A DNA stretch of 64,000 bases from NCBI RefSeq assembly GCF_963676685.1, contig NC_092354.1, positions 74,152,001 through 74,216,000 of the forward strand, in the 5' to 3' direction. This DNA is from Mytilus edulis. Its lineage: Eukaryota. The position numbers and the translations under genes were made by a program. A model generated the notes under the pieces. The model saw nothing but the letters and a program-made list of their open reading frames with translations. It was not told the origin of the DNA and did not search any database. Shown here one piece after another: positions 12,521 through 26,132 of this stretch; the first letter of the stretch is position 1; each line of letters opens with the position of its first letter.

Positions 12521-14964
12521 GCTCTACTATTCAAGGGGGATACAATCATCAAAGGTCACACAACATACTGTCCTTACCCAAAGGCAAGTACTCGCAAAAC
12601 GTCAAGTTCTGGGTTTCCATGAATAGCAAATCAATTGTTATTTATATAATCTGACAATACCACCAACGATAAGTTATTTACACGACAACAAGACACAAAG
12701 ATTTAAAAAAAAAAATAGCTGGATAAAAAAAAATAAGAAGAAGCGAAATACACAATAACGATTTATTTTACTTGAGATATATGCACACAATAAAATAATG
12801 CATATAATGAAAATAGAAAGATGTGGTATGATTGTCAATGACATGAATGAGACAACTCTTCTCTGGAACCAAGGGATTACAATGATACGCTACCAAAGTT
12901 AATCATACGGCTTTCATCAATAAACAAAACCCATACCGCATAGCAAGCTATAAAACACCGCAATATGACATATTTTTTTTTACAATCCATACAAATTGTC
13001 TGATTTATGAACTAAAAATAACGAAAATTATATGTGATATGTAGCAAAATACGACAACCACTGAAATACGGGCTCGTTACTTTGAACATACACATACAGA
13101 ATGTACTTTGTGAACTAGATTGTTACCATCATTCGTACGGATGTTAGACATCTTCCTTACTGCGCCACATCTATGTTTCTGTATACTTTATACATCATCA
13201 TAGAATTACTTCACATGATCGAAAGTAATAATAAAAAATGTTGAGTTTTCATACACAAATGTTTCAGTGGTTTTTTTTAATTTCAAATATAAACTAAGCA
13301 GGATATTCTTATCCTTTCTGGCACCTGAAATCACCCCCTGTTTTCGGTGGGATTGATATTGCACAGTCTTGTTTTCTATGTTGAGTTTCAATATATTCTA
13401 TATTCTGAAACTGTGAACAATATATCATACAGTTTTTGTCCTTGATGATATTCTGTGTTCTGAGATATGTCGATATGTTAATTACCAAAATAAATTTTAG
13501 TAAAACACTTTTACAGTAGGAATCTAAATTTTTACCCGTGCAAGCGTGTTTGCCGACGAGATTACTCTGCACAAGAGACCACGGATTCAGAAATAAACCA
13601 TTATAGGCCACGTTAATGCCTTTAATAATGTGAAAACGGTCTAATCTACCGGTATATAAAAACGAGAAACATGTATTAACTACATAAACATACGACAACT
13701 ACTGAACATCATATTCCTGACATATGACAGGTGCGAACAGCGGGATTAAACGTTTTCATGGTACCAAACCTTCTTCCTTTTCTGAAACAATAGTATAACA
13801 TGAAAAGCCCATACCGTATAGTCAGCTATAAAAGTAACTGAAATAACAGTTTAAACGGGAAACTAACGGCTCAATTTATGTACAAAATAATTAACAAAAA
13901 CGAATATTTTACAAAGCAACAAACCAGAACCAGTGAATTACACGCTCCCGACATACAGAGTTAAACTCGTGTGATGGCACAAATCCTCCATTAACCTGGG
14001 ACATTGATGTTTTTTTAACTACTGAACAGCAAAAGAATTAATTTCAAAAATCAGTGTTATCTTGTCCTTTTCTTTATTTGATACGTATAGCAAAGTGAAC
14101 TGTTATTTGAATAGCCACTTGATATGAACGACAATTTACGAGAAAGAATTTTTAAGTTTTACATACATGTAATACATGCGACAGAAACTTATGAAATCTA
14201 ATAACTAATGTAGCATATACATGTCCTTCTGTGTTTCCGGTTTGGACACTATTACTTCTGATGAACCAGACTAATAACAAGACCACCTGCAAAAAGACTA
14301 GCCCGTGCTAGACAAATGTTCAGTTCTGATTGATGGAAACATGATGATAAACAAGAGAAATAACAGTATTTGATATAACATCAAAGGGTAGACAACATAA
14401 TTAGCCACCTATGTATCTCACGGTGAAGTGTTCCAGTGTGACGGTTATTGAAAGTATCAATTACATACCATGTTCTATCGTATACAAGGACAGTTTTTTT
14501 CTGGTAATGCGAGAATGGTCATGTTTGTGTTTTGCTTTTACAAGTAGAATATAATTAATAGCTTGTAATATGGTGCAAACATATTTTATTAGATATCATG
14601 ACTTGCTGTTTGCCTTGTTTATGTATAAAATGTACTTTACCATATACCATTATTGCTATTTTTCTATATTACTGATTGATATTTCCTTTCTCGGTACAGT
14701 AGAGTGAAATAGATATGACAAAGTATCGCTAGAAACTGAAGTCGCACTAGGTCGTTATTGACAACATCGTCATGGGTAAAATAGCGATAAACAGTATCTC
14801 AACTCGATTGCTTTTCTCACTTTCGCCTTACCGGCTGAAGCGAGTAAATCAATCTCGTTGAGATGACCACCGATAGTCTATAATTATTATTCTTTTTATG
14901 ACTGACAAAAATAACTGATCTGCAAAGTACATCAATGTACTGTGTTACAACCCTAGATATAAAA

Positions 14965-15084
14965 GAGGGGAGGACAGGGGTAAGGGAGACATGGAGACAG
15001 GGGGTAGGAGAAAGGAGAAAGGGGCTAGGAGAAAGGAGAGGAAGGCTGGGAGAAGGGAGAAGGGTACCCCCTGTTCTCTCCCTC
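14965..15084. mobile_element. Small purine-rich MITE
   Basis: Imperfect TIR gaggggaggacagggg / cccctgttctctccctc; flanked on both sides by ataaaa. Confidence 0.6.
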
Positions 15085-15315
15085 ATAAAAGCTGATGGGG
15101 AAAGGCAGAATAAGCGACTTACGAAGCTTTCTTTGTATATAGCTTAGTTGATTGAGTGTTCTATAACGCTCCAGTATTTACATGAATCATAGAGGGAAGT
15201 GCCTATGGAGATCCAACATGTTTAGTTTAGATTTATAAATTATACAGCTGAAAAGGAGGATGAACATTAATACATTTATTATATTTTAAAATGTCTTCTA
15301 TCGAAATATTCGGTG

Positions 15316-15595
15316 AAAAGTAAAATCACAAAAATACTGAACTTAGAGGAAGATCAATTGGGAAAGTCCATAATCACATGGCAAAATCAAATAACAAAAC
15401 GCATCAAAAACGAATGGACAAAAACTGTCATATTCCTGACTTGGTACAGGCATTTTCAAATGTAGAAAATGGTGGATTAAACCTGGTTCTATAGCGCTAA
15501 CCCTCTCACTTTAATGACAGTCTCATCAATTTCCGATATTTTTACATTGATGCGTTAAATAAACAGACACAATAAATGTAATAGTCAAAATATGA
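15316..15595 (+). repeat. Interspersed repeat family (aaagtaaaatcacaaaaatactgaac...)
   Basis: Homologous copies at about 7810-8060 and 42940-43040, and inverted at about 40645-40940. Confidence 0.7.
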
Positions 15596-15789
15596 TCCAC
15601 ACCTTAATAAGATATTGAGCGGGTTCTTCATTTCTATATTATATTTTTTCGCTCATTCTTCATCATCTTTAATAATAATACATATGCATGTAGCTATTTT
15701 GTATTTATTTGATAACTGTATTCTGGACATTGTTCGTTTCTGTAATCAGTACATCTTTACCCAAGTATTCCTTTATATTTTACAATATA

Positions 15790-15982
15790 AAAAAGAAGAT
15801 GTGGTATGATTGCCAATGAGACAGCCGTCCATAAGAGACCAAAATGACACAGAAATTAACAACTATAGATCACCGTACTGCCTTCAACAATGAGAAAAGC
15901 CCATACCGCATAGTCAGCTATAAAATTCCCCGAAAGGACAATGTAAAACAATTCAAACGAGAAAACTAACGGTCTTATTCAT
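15790..15982 (+). repeat. Abundant short interspersed repeat (gatgtggtatgattgccaatgagaca...)
   Basis: Copies on both strands near 1585, 11720, 12815, 29630, 34300-34585, 37210, 38600 and 55935-56020. Confidence 0.75.
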
Positions 15983-17460
15983 ATATTTATATTTATATTC
16001 TTGATTCTCCCCTCCCCATTTTCTGTTATGTACACACAACCTACACCCTCCTCAGTTAGTTGTCAAATATATATTTGGAACTATGGAGTTCTGTTGGTTT
16101 CCCAGTATTATTGATTTGCAAATTTTAGGAAGAAAACCTTCAACATTTTCTAACTAGATGTCCATCTCTGGAAGGGGTCAGTAGGACTTTTTATGCCCCA
16201 TTAAAACAGGCTGTTATGAATAGAATTGGAATTGATCAGTGGAAAACTAATTTAGAAATAGGGAAACATTAAGCCAATTAATTGTTGACTGCAGAACACT
16301 AGTGGGTTCTATACCTCCAAACAACAAAAAAATCTTAAATATGGTTAAAACAATTTCTAGGAATCTGTGTGATATATTACATCAACAGAGGTTAACTCAG
16401 ATTAATGCTCTATAATAATATAAACATTCATTATTCATCACATGAAATTGAGCTTTCTTTCAATACTTTTTAGAGCACAAAATAGTGGCGAACATATAGA
16501 TCAGTTAGAAGTGAGAAGTACATCGGGGACATTTGAGATATAATAGATGTACTTAGGAATAGATACGTTGATGTTAATAATAATATACGTAATATACAGA
16601 CAATAATCAGGGGTGTAGCTGCCGTTGGGCACTTTAGGCACGTGCCTACACATAATTGTTTCACAAACATTTAAAAAAAAAAAAAAAAAAACCCCAATAA
16701 ACATGTTATCTCTAAAAGAAAGCCGGTGAATTTGTCAAAACTCTTTAATTATCGAATGTCATGTTAATAAAATTGAGAATGGAAATGGGGAATGTGTCAA
16801 AGAGACAACAACCCGCCCAAATAAAAAACAACAGCAGAGGGTCACCAACAGGTCTTCAATGTAGCGAGAAATTCCCGCACCCGGAGGCGTCCTTCAGCTG
16901 GCCCCTAAACAAATATATACTAGTCCAGTGATAATGAACGCCATACTAATTTCCAAATTGTACACAAGAAACTAAAATTAAAATAATACAAGACTAACAA
17001 AGGCCAGAGGCTCCTGACTTGGGACAGGCGCAAAAATGCGGCGGGGTTAAACATGTTTGTGAGATCTCAACCCTCCCCCTATACCTTTAACCAATGTAGT
17101 AAAGTAAACGCATAACAATACGCACATTAAAATTCAGTTCAAGAGAAATCCGAGTCTGATGTCAGAAGATGTAACCAAAGAAAATAAACAAAATGACAAT
17201 AATACATAAATAACAACAGACTACTAGCAGTTAACTGACATGCCAGCTCCAGACTTCAACTAAACTGACTGAAAGATTATGATTTCATCATATGAACATC
17301 AGGCACAATCCTTCCCGTTAGGGGTTTAGTATCATACCATCATAACATATATGAGAAGAACATAACCCGTGTCATGCCAACAACTGTTTTTAGAATAAAT
17401 GTGTTTAGTTCCGATGCAAAGACCTTATCAATGACTCAATATTAACGCCAAAATATGCAT

Positions 17461-19334
17461 CACTGAAAATCTAAATTAGTCAATTTGACCAATTTAATTA
17501 GTCATTTTGACTGTCCTCTAGGTGACAATGCACTTTAATCATTTTGACTATGCTCTTAGTCGTTTGACTAGATGGTAAGTCACATTTGACTGGGTAGGGT
17601 GGTCATTATGACTATGTTAGGAAGTCAAAATGACCATATATTATACTCGTTATGACGAATTGGATTGTTCAATTGACTATGCACGTTTGTCAGTTTGACA
17701 ATTGAATGCAGTCCATACATGCCATATGACTAATTGAAATAGTCGGCAGTGACCATGTTGGTTAGTCAACATGATTACTGTGAATAGTCACGACTGCTAG
17801 ATTGTTATTTTAATTTGTGTTGTGTTTTTTGTTCTACCATTTAATTTGTGTGCGTTTCATTCCGTTTCGTTCTTGTATGGTTCAATCATTTCTTCTGTTA
17901 TTCTACTTTTTGTTATTTCTCTTCCATGCATGGGATTGAAAAATACATCTGGAATAGAATATCATTAAAAATACCACAGCCGCAATACTAACAATGACAA
18001 TAGTATAGGACCAGAAAGTGCTCAATGTTCAAAACCTTCCTATATCTTAAGTGTCCATGTGTATCATGACTTAGTGATATATATTAAAGTCTAAAAATCA
18101 AATAAAGAAAATAAAATTTATTATATCAAAACTCATTGTTCATTTGAAGTGTTTATTTCAGATATTTTGTCGGTATCAACTCGGCATATGTCATTGTGGT
18201 ATTCTCTACGGTCAAAAATCTCTTAGCTGTGTTCATACAAATAGTAATGTCTTCATTTGCTGAAAAATATAAATATATCATTTCAGAAGCTAAAATATAA
18301 CAATAAACAAGTATATCAGTCATGTTAAAATTTTAAAGAAAAATACAAATTTTAAACCTTATACCATTAATTTGTAATGTAAGCACCGGGATCTTGACAG
18401 CCACCCATCTTATACCACAACATTTTAATGAACGCATCAGGATCTTGACAGCCTAACAACCTTATACCACAACATTGTAATGTAAGCACCGGGATCTTGT
18501 CAGCCACCCATCTTATACCACAACATTGTAATGTAAGCACCGGGATCTTGCCAGCCACCCATCTTATACCACAACATTGTGATATAAGCACCAGGATCTT
18601 GACAGCCACCCATCTTACAACACAACATTGTAATATAAGCACCAGGATCTTGACAACCACCCACCTTACAACACACCATTGTAATATAAGCACCAGGATC
18701 TTGACAGCCACCAATCTTACAACACACCATTGTAATATAAGCACAAGGATCTTGACAGCCACCCATCTTACAACACACCATTGTAATATAAGCACCAGGA
18801 TCTTGACAGCCACCCTGAGTTTTTAATTTATTGTTGTTGATATCGATTGAAGTGTTTATTTTTAACAGTATTTGCTCAGGTTAAAAAAAGATATCGTTAA
18901 ATACTCTTTTCAATCGACAATACGTTGTATGTGTATCAAAATTGATATCCCGTATACATATCCCCCCTTTTTTTCAACATGTGCCGATATTACTTTCATT
19001 TATACTCTTTTTTTCTTAAATTAAATTTTTGTAAGTTAGAATTAAAACAAATATACATCATACTTACTTAAAACAATTGGTTTATTTGACAAAATAACAG
19101 TTTCCGTGCCTTCTGGTTTGTTTACATCTATATCATCTATGGAAAAAGGGAACGCGAAAGAGTGCGCGTGAAAACCGATACTCTACACCACATGGTGCTG
19201 TGACCACTCACATAGTCAATTGACCATGCAGGTAGTCATAATGACTTGATGAGTAGTCATATATGCTTTTGACTACCTTTTGACTGATATTTGACTAACT
19301 GAATAGTCATCGTGACTAATTTAGATTTTCAGTG
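17461..19334. mobile_element. Non-autonomous CACTA/EnSpm (CMC)-like transposon
   Basis: Perfect 22-bp TIR cactgaaaatctaaattagtca; 3-bp TSD cat/cat; dense subterminal agtca/tgact motifs at both ends. Confidence 0.85.
18370..18815. repeat. 51-bp minisatellite, about 8.5 copies
   Basis: Unit aagcaccaggatcttgacagccacccatcttacaacacaccattgtaatat; 17-aa periodicity in the overlapping ORFs. Confidence 0.9.
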
Positions 19335-22300
19335 CATATCTTTAATGACTTAACACTAGTCTCTCGTTCTTAATGAATGGAATATTGGATATAATTGAAT
19401 GTTTTTACGATTTTACCTTATAGAAACTATAAGCTAACTTTGGTACAGATCATTTCACTTCAATCAACAAAAACTTGAATGAACCTCAACTTAGACACAT
19501 AAGTTTTTTAATTAGTTGTTGTTAGTTTTCAACTATAGCTTTCCACTTTGTCTTCACCCGACTTGCCAATGTTGGTCGTCCATTTGGCTGCGCAGGATGT
19601 ATAAATACGCAGTCACGTTTGGTAAGAATGGGGACATTAAATCCGATTGTAGAGAGAATGCAACTCTTTGAGGAGTTTGAAGTTGGTCTACAGAAAGGCA
19701 AAATTTCTGCTCCTATCTAATAATCCCTTATGTTCCAATGCATGGCATTTTTAAATTTCCAGACCTTCGTCCTGGACGACACCTATAACAGGACCTAGCT
19801 CTAAATTGTAGTTATTGTAAAAAAATATTTCAACGGTCCTGAAGTTGCATTAATATTTGCAATCAAATTAAAAACATTGATGTTGTATAACGTAATCAGA
19901 GATCAATATTTTAATTAGATTGAAATATTTGACACTGGATGTAAACAAAATCAATCAATCAACTTGCTTCCAGTATTTTTTTTACGGTACTCTCAAATCT
20001 GCGTGTAATGGCCACAATTATTCAAAATTCCTAAGCAGGTAGGGAATTTACAGTAGAGGAAATAAAGAAATACGAATTTCTTGAATTTTGTTAGGCATCG
20101 ACTATGTCTGTATCAACCTTCACCCTAGCCACACAAACACATAGTATGTGTCTGTACGGCTCAGTTGAGTGAAGGTTTAAAATTGATGGTTGATGTCTTG
20201 CCAAAAGGATAGTTCTATTATATAGTAGTATCAGTGTTTACGAGCCTATTTTTTAATAAAGGGTCGTCAATATGTACTATTAATTAAGTTAAACGTATAT
20301 ATCAATCACAACGGAATAGATATGATAATACCAAACAGGGTGTACGTCTTAATTAAAGGGATACGCAATGCATATTTTTTTATATTACGGATTGTACTGC
20401 ATTATTTTTAAAACTCACCAATCAGATGTTATGGTACATTATTTATAATTCTTCGAACTTTTCATCATGTATATTATAATTATCATGATTAAATAAACAG
20501 TAAAGTAAATTTAATATTTTTGAACATAAAATTTTGCAGCTAAAACGCTGAAAACCGTTTCCCGTCGGGGTCTTCGCCCCACTGAACCCCCTACCAGGGC
20601 TCTGCCCTGGAACTGATGGGTCCTTAAGCGGTCCCAAGACCCCCTGCCGATTGGTGCCTACAGTTAACTGAATACCAAGCTACACCCCTGCAATTGCTGT
20701 ATCAGAACGGTAGCTGATGTTTTGAATATAAAGACATGCAGATATTTAATAGTGTCAGACCACGGTTTTAGCATTGTCATAACGTGAATCAGTGACATTT
20801 TAAATTTAGACTATGGTTGGTATCGTCCGTGTAATATAAGCCCGTCGTCTTTCAATATATGCGATTGCGTTTTATACTGTAAAATAACAAAGTGATTTTA
20901 GCTATTTACGACCGTGTAGTATAAGCCCACTGTGAAAAATCGAGAAATCGATGGGCTCCTAACCACAGGAGGAAGTTACAGAAAGAAGAAAAAGTTAGGT
21001 GTAAGGACAAAATGCCAGGCAGTGTTTATTATAGGCACCTTTATTATACTAGTTTGTGCACCGGTTATTTTTATTGTAAATTGTTCCTACACATATATGC
21101 ACACAGTTGTTTACTGTAAAACTTGCTAATCCGTACTACATTAAAAAAGTTGTGGTACTCCAGATAATGATCAGATAATAGGGGAAAGAAAAAGAAGAAA
21201 TTCGGATTAATTTGTGATCATACCGAACTTGGGTTTTATTTACTCTCGCCAAAAATAAAAACAAACAGAGCCGGCGAAATTTGGGTAAAAATTAACGTTT
21301 TAAACAAGAAAATCAACATTTGGTCCTATATTTTCCTAAAGAATTATGCCTTTCTATAATTGAACAGCGCCACTCAGACTGTCATTTAATTTAATGTTCA
21401 TTTTAATACAGAAATGTTGCCGCTTCCCTCGTACACTGTTCGAAGACACGGTTTTAATTTATCTACTTCACGTTCCTTAAAGTTTGAATTCAAATGTAGA
21501 TTGTATTACAATATATCATTAATGTAATGCAAAAATGTTTCAGAACATTATAAATACATGTATATTCATCTGTTTGACAAACCTGCAAATGACCTGTTGA
21601 ATGGGAGACAACTTGAACTTCATTTCAGTTCAGAGTACAGATGTGTCTATGACTACATGTATGATTAAGATTAATCCAAGAATTTGTAAAGTATACAAAT
21701 ATTTGGATTAATTTTATTTGAGTTGAATGTACAATGATTTCCCTGAAACTCCCCAAATCTCAATACAAAGCCAATAACAGATAGACATTGCCTCTAACAA
21801 TGTCTAAACTGAACTGTATAAATTTGGAGTTATAAATAATACAATGTACTAGCTGCTTTGATAAATAATAAAGTCTTCAAAATTTTTAGAAAAATTGTGT
21901 GAGTTTTACTCAGTATGAGTAGGCAGTGGTTTTTATGATCCAATGGCATCCGATCAGGAATAAAACATGACATGTTCATGGAAATTTTTGGCTGTGCAGA
22001 CACTGCCGTAAGAGTTCAATTTAACTTCATGAATTATTAAATGATTTTTGTGTACTTTGACAGAAATAATTATTAAAAATTCCTTGTGAACTGTGTAAGG
22101 TATGTCTGTGCCTTGTGCAGGGTACAATAATACATGTGTGGTTTTTAAGAAAAAAAATTATATAAAAATACCATGTACAACGGTTACCGGGCTACAATAT
22201 CAACTACTCCAGACGTTTATACTTGTTATTACTGCTTAAGAAAAGTACTAGTGTACAGTATATAATGACATTTTAGTAAATAAGTCTAGATAATTTACTT

Positions 22301-22522
22301 TCATTTTCTTACTAACAACATGAACACATGTCCAAATATATGTGTATGTATAAATGTGACGCTCGCAATTTACGTGGAATTCAAGCGTTCATGTACAATT
22401 CAAGTGCAGTAAAACTAGTACCATTTAATTACAGTTGCAAAGAAAGATAACTTTTGTAAAATACTATAAAATGATGTATCATAAATTTAATAAACTGTTT
22501 TATTTTAATTTCAGAATTCTGC

Positions 22523-22629
22523 ATGCCAAATTTACTGACAGGTACAGTCATAAGACACAGTTTTACTGTGTTTAGACAACTAGTATCCAGGACAATGTCT
22601 ACACAGATTGGGAACCTGAAGTTTCTGGG
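22523..22629 (+). CDS. Candidate first coding exon encoding a mitochondrial-presequence-like N-terminus; tentative resemblance to the NAD(P)HX epimerase N-terminus
   Basis: tttcag acceptor ending at 22514, ATG at 22523, GG|gtaagt donor; MPNLLTGTVIRHSFTVFRQLVSRTMSTQIGNLKFL(G) is R/S/T-rich with no acidic residues and a second Met. Confidence 0.45.
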
Positions 22630-23776
22630 GTAAGTTGTCTGTTATATTTATCAAATGCATGCTTAAAATATTTCTATTTCCATCAGTTGTGTTCCTGTAT
22701 TTTTATATTGGAACAAAACTTGTTTTTTATATGTGAAAATGTAGGAATCTAGTGTTACAGGGTTACTCTTAACTTTTATACGTTATGATGGAAAGAACAA
22801 ATTGTTGGATTTTGAATCGGGATGATTGGGATCATGGATACAAGACATGAAACTATACTAAATGTTTTTGAGGTATAATCTAGGTATTATTTGATGAGGG
22901 AGGGTTCCCTCCCCCGACTCCCTATGAGACTTTATGATTTATGAATTAACTTTATTTGTAAAAGTCAATTATTATTCTATCCATCTGGTATCGGAAAGGA
23001 TTTATATTGGATGAGCCTTTATCAACTTTTATACCTTTGTTTGAATATTTAAACAATAAAATCTTTGAATTTCAATTAAAAACATGAATTGCTTTAAGAT
23101 CTGAGAAAAAGGCATATGATAATATATTAACCCCTAGAATTAAGCAATCAATGAGATGTACATATCATACATTATAATTATGTAACAAAGATTGCTTAAA
23201 TTTTATGGTTGACTGGTTTTAATTTCTTTGTTCTTAAGCAGAACAAATAGAGTTGTCTCCCTTGGTACTGTAACTTGAATCCTCAGAGTATGACATTTTT
23301 TTCTGTCTGGTGTAATAATTGAAAACACATTTATGTTAATGGCAAATCATAAAAAATTGTTTGCTAAATATGTATTTGGTTATACAAAATTCAAGTCATT
23401 GGATTCTGTACTTACGTTGACTTCAAGAAATAACAAAAAATTGTCTGTAAGTCAAGACAAAGATCTGTTTATTAAACATGTTAAACATTTAGATTAAAGT
23501 AAAATGGTTAGTATATTAATTGAAAAAAACTTCTTCCTGAAATCATGGAAATAGGAAAAACCCTTAACATTAAAAAATTTATGTTTGAACTGAAAAAAAA
23601 TTATTCACAAAACACAGAAAAGTTGAATAGTAAAATTGTAAACATATAGTACATAGTAAAGGCAAAACTTTATACAAGAACAGATCTTAGTTATATCACT
23701 TTTGTAAATTTTAAGTTGATTTTAGTTGTTCTGGCAGATCCAATAAATATTCCATCTTTTGTATCCCTCCAGTAAG

Positions 23777-23908
23777 CAGTGGTGGATTCAGGGGGAGATT
23801 ATGGGGGTTGGAAACACCCCCTTTTTTTGATGATCAATACATTTGAATGTGGACATATGGTTGGAATCCCCCTCCCCCCTTTTATTGAAATGGCTGGATC
23901 CACCCCTG
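23777..23908. mobile_element. GC-rich MITE (cagNggcggatccag-type TIR family)
   Basis: TIR cagtggtggattcag / ctggatccacccctg; flanks gtaag/ataag. Confidence 0.7.
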
Positions 23909-24622
23909 ATAAGATAATTTGTTGAGTTTTATCGTCTTATTATATGCATCACATAATAGCAGATTGGTAATAAAAAACGTAAAAACTTAGGTAACATAAA
24001 TTTGTAATCTATCTGTCCTACAATTTTTCTACCCGTAAAACTTGACCAAATGTAAAAAAATAAAAAACTGTTTTCATGAAAATAATTACAAATCTCTTTT
24101 TTTCTCTTAAAAAGTTTAACATTAAAACAAGTTGAGAGCAAGATGTCAGAACATAATTTTAATCCATACAATGGGTGATTTTAGATGCAGTGGTAGGATT
24201 TTATTTCTTGATAATTCTATAATTAAACCAAAATCAGTATTAAAAATTTGAAATGGATGTCTGTAAAATATATATATATATATATACATGTTCCAAGAAA
24301 AGAAAGAAAATTCTTCTTCATAGTTGAATTTTCAAAGTGCTTTTTATCCTTTGATGTATTTTGTGTTAAAAGTTACCATATTGAATAAAACTATTTTTGT
24401 ATGGAATTAACAGGATACATAGTAAACTGATTATCACATTTTTTTGCCAAATGATTGAACATAGTGAGAGTTTGTTAAATAGAATACTAAGTACTATTAT
24501 CAAAGAATTAAATTATCTGTTTGTTATCTGATGGCAATCCGCAAAATATACATATGAGGGTCTCAAGGGGTCTGCATTTCTGTATCCTTTATTTCTTTAG
24601 TCGTGTTTCTCTTGTCTTTATT

Positions 24623-24623
24623 A

Positions 24624-24662
<39 letters not shown>

Positions 24663-25124
24663 CCGCAAATTAGTTTTCCACATTTTCTTTCTTTGTTCTC
24701 GAAGATCTTGATTTGATAATTGGTATAAAATTTTATCATTAGAAATAGAATGTTGTCCATGTCTGATGATTTTGTGCAGAGTTATGGTCCTAAGACTAAG
24801 AAAATGCACTTACATAATGAGTTTTTCACACTTTTTTCTGTCATTCTTGAAGGTATTGATTTGATAATTGGTATATAGTTTTGTCAATTTTGTTTCAGTC
24901 TGCTGATTTTGTGCAGAATTATGGTCCTTGGACTTAGAATATTCAGTTAAATAATCAGTGTTCTACACCTTTTTCAGCATGCTTTAAGATATTGACATGC
25001 TAGTTGTTATAACAAGTATGAATCAGGTTAGCGCTTTGATCCAGTACAATGATTTTTCAACCGGTGATCAACGGTAGGGAACTATATATATTGCCATTCA
25101 ATATACTCTCAGAATTGGCTTGTT
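24623..25124 (+). mobile_element. HINE-like element: (GTCT)n followed by degenerate internal repeats of about 160 bp
   Basis: (tgtc)n tract, then repeated ttgatttgataattggtata and gattttgtgcaga...tatggtcc blocks; ends cttgtt like the 49906 element. Confidence 0.55.
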
Positions 25125-25901
25125 TATTTTGCCAATTATGCCCTTTTCTTTAAATTTACGCATGCCATCATTATCTTTTCTTTATTTTGGAGGTCTATAT
25201 TTCTCGAATATTTGTCCATTATTCTATATTCTTTTTTATCTTGTCTGCTTTTCTATTAATGTCATTTGTTATACTCTATTCTGTATACCACGTCCAGACC
25301 CTCATATATGCCTCATTGTTTCTTGTAGTTTTATTCAGATCAATCTATAATTGATTTATTATGGTGCTTCACCATACTGATGTCTCCATCAAAAAAAGGA
25401 AATAATTCATTTATTTTTACTGATTGTATTGTTTACTCATGTTGCCTTGGCTCTACAATGACCAGGGTCATTTCAAAGATAACACACGTCCAGATTGATT
25501 TTGTTGTTTATCTATATATTTTTGTCCAATTCATTTTTACAAATTTTATACGTATACATGATAATGTATTACGCTATTCCTAAAAAATATGAATGACGTG
25601 TTTTATATTGAAACTGCAAATTACCAGTTGCATATTACAGTTTGAAATGTAATTCATTTGGTTGGCAGTTTATCTATAAGTATAAAACAACACTTAATAT
25701 AAAAAGGTTATATTCATATGGAAGATCATGGAATGCATACCCAGAGAGTTGCAAACTATAGAATAATGATGTAGACTTTCAGATATCTTCTCATGCAAAG
25801 CTCTGATTCCTTTCACGAATTTGACTATATTTTTTGGACCTTTTGAATTATAGCTCTTCATCTTTTATATAAGCTTTGGATTTCAAATATTTTGGCCACG
25901 A

Positions 25902-25945
25902 GCATCACTGAAGAGACATGTTTTGTCGAAATGCGCATCTGGTGC
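25902..25945 (+). ncRNA. Type I hammerhead ribozyme (intact)
   Basis: GCAUCA-CUGAAGA-GACA(UGUUU)UGUC-GAAA-U(GCGC)A-UC^-UGGUGC: full core, stems I and II paired, minimal stem III with palindromic loop; predicted cleavage after 25939. Confidence 0.9.
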
Positions 25946-26132
25946 AACAAAATTAGTACCATTGATTTTATTACTACCACTGGGTCGATGCCTCTGCTGG
26001 TGGACTATTAGTCCCCGAGGGTATCACCAGCTCAGTAGCCAGTACTTCGGTACTGGCATGAAAATACGGATTTTTTGTGTTATTAAAATTTGCTGTTACA
26101 AAATATTAGAAATTATTATAAATTAAGGAATG

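Larger units (their letters stand above)
16766..19355. mobile_element. Interspersed (SINE-like) element split by the CACTA-like insertion
   Basis: Starts aataaaattgagaatggaaatggggaatgtgtcaaagagacaacaacccg (also at 44174; inverted at about 1895-1975). An internal part is inverted at about 30255-30365. Confidence 0.6.
16608..20690. mobile_element. Non-autonomous hAT-like DNA transposon hosting nested insertions
   Basis: 13-bp TIR caggggtgtagct / agctacacccctg; subterminal gtgcctaca near both ends; no clean TSD. Confidence 0.5.

Noticed and set aside
18367-18826. Three overlapping ORFs of 93-148 aa
   Set aside because: Produced by the 51-bp minisatellite, which is open on both strands
25923-26126. 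67-aa ORF inside the retrozyme unit (also 27327-27530)
   Set aside because: Overlaps a structured non-coding repeat and shows no coding signal
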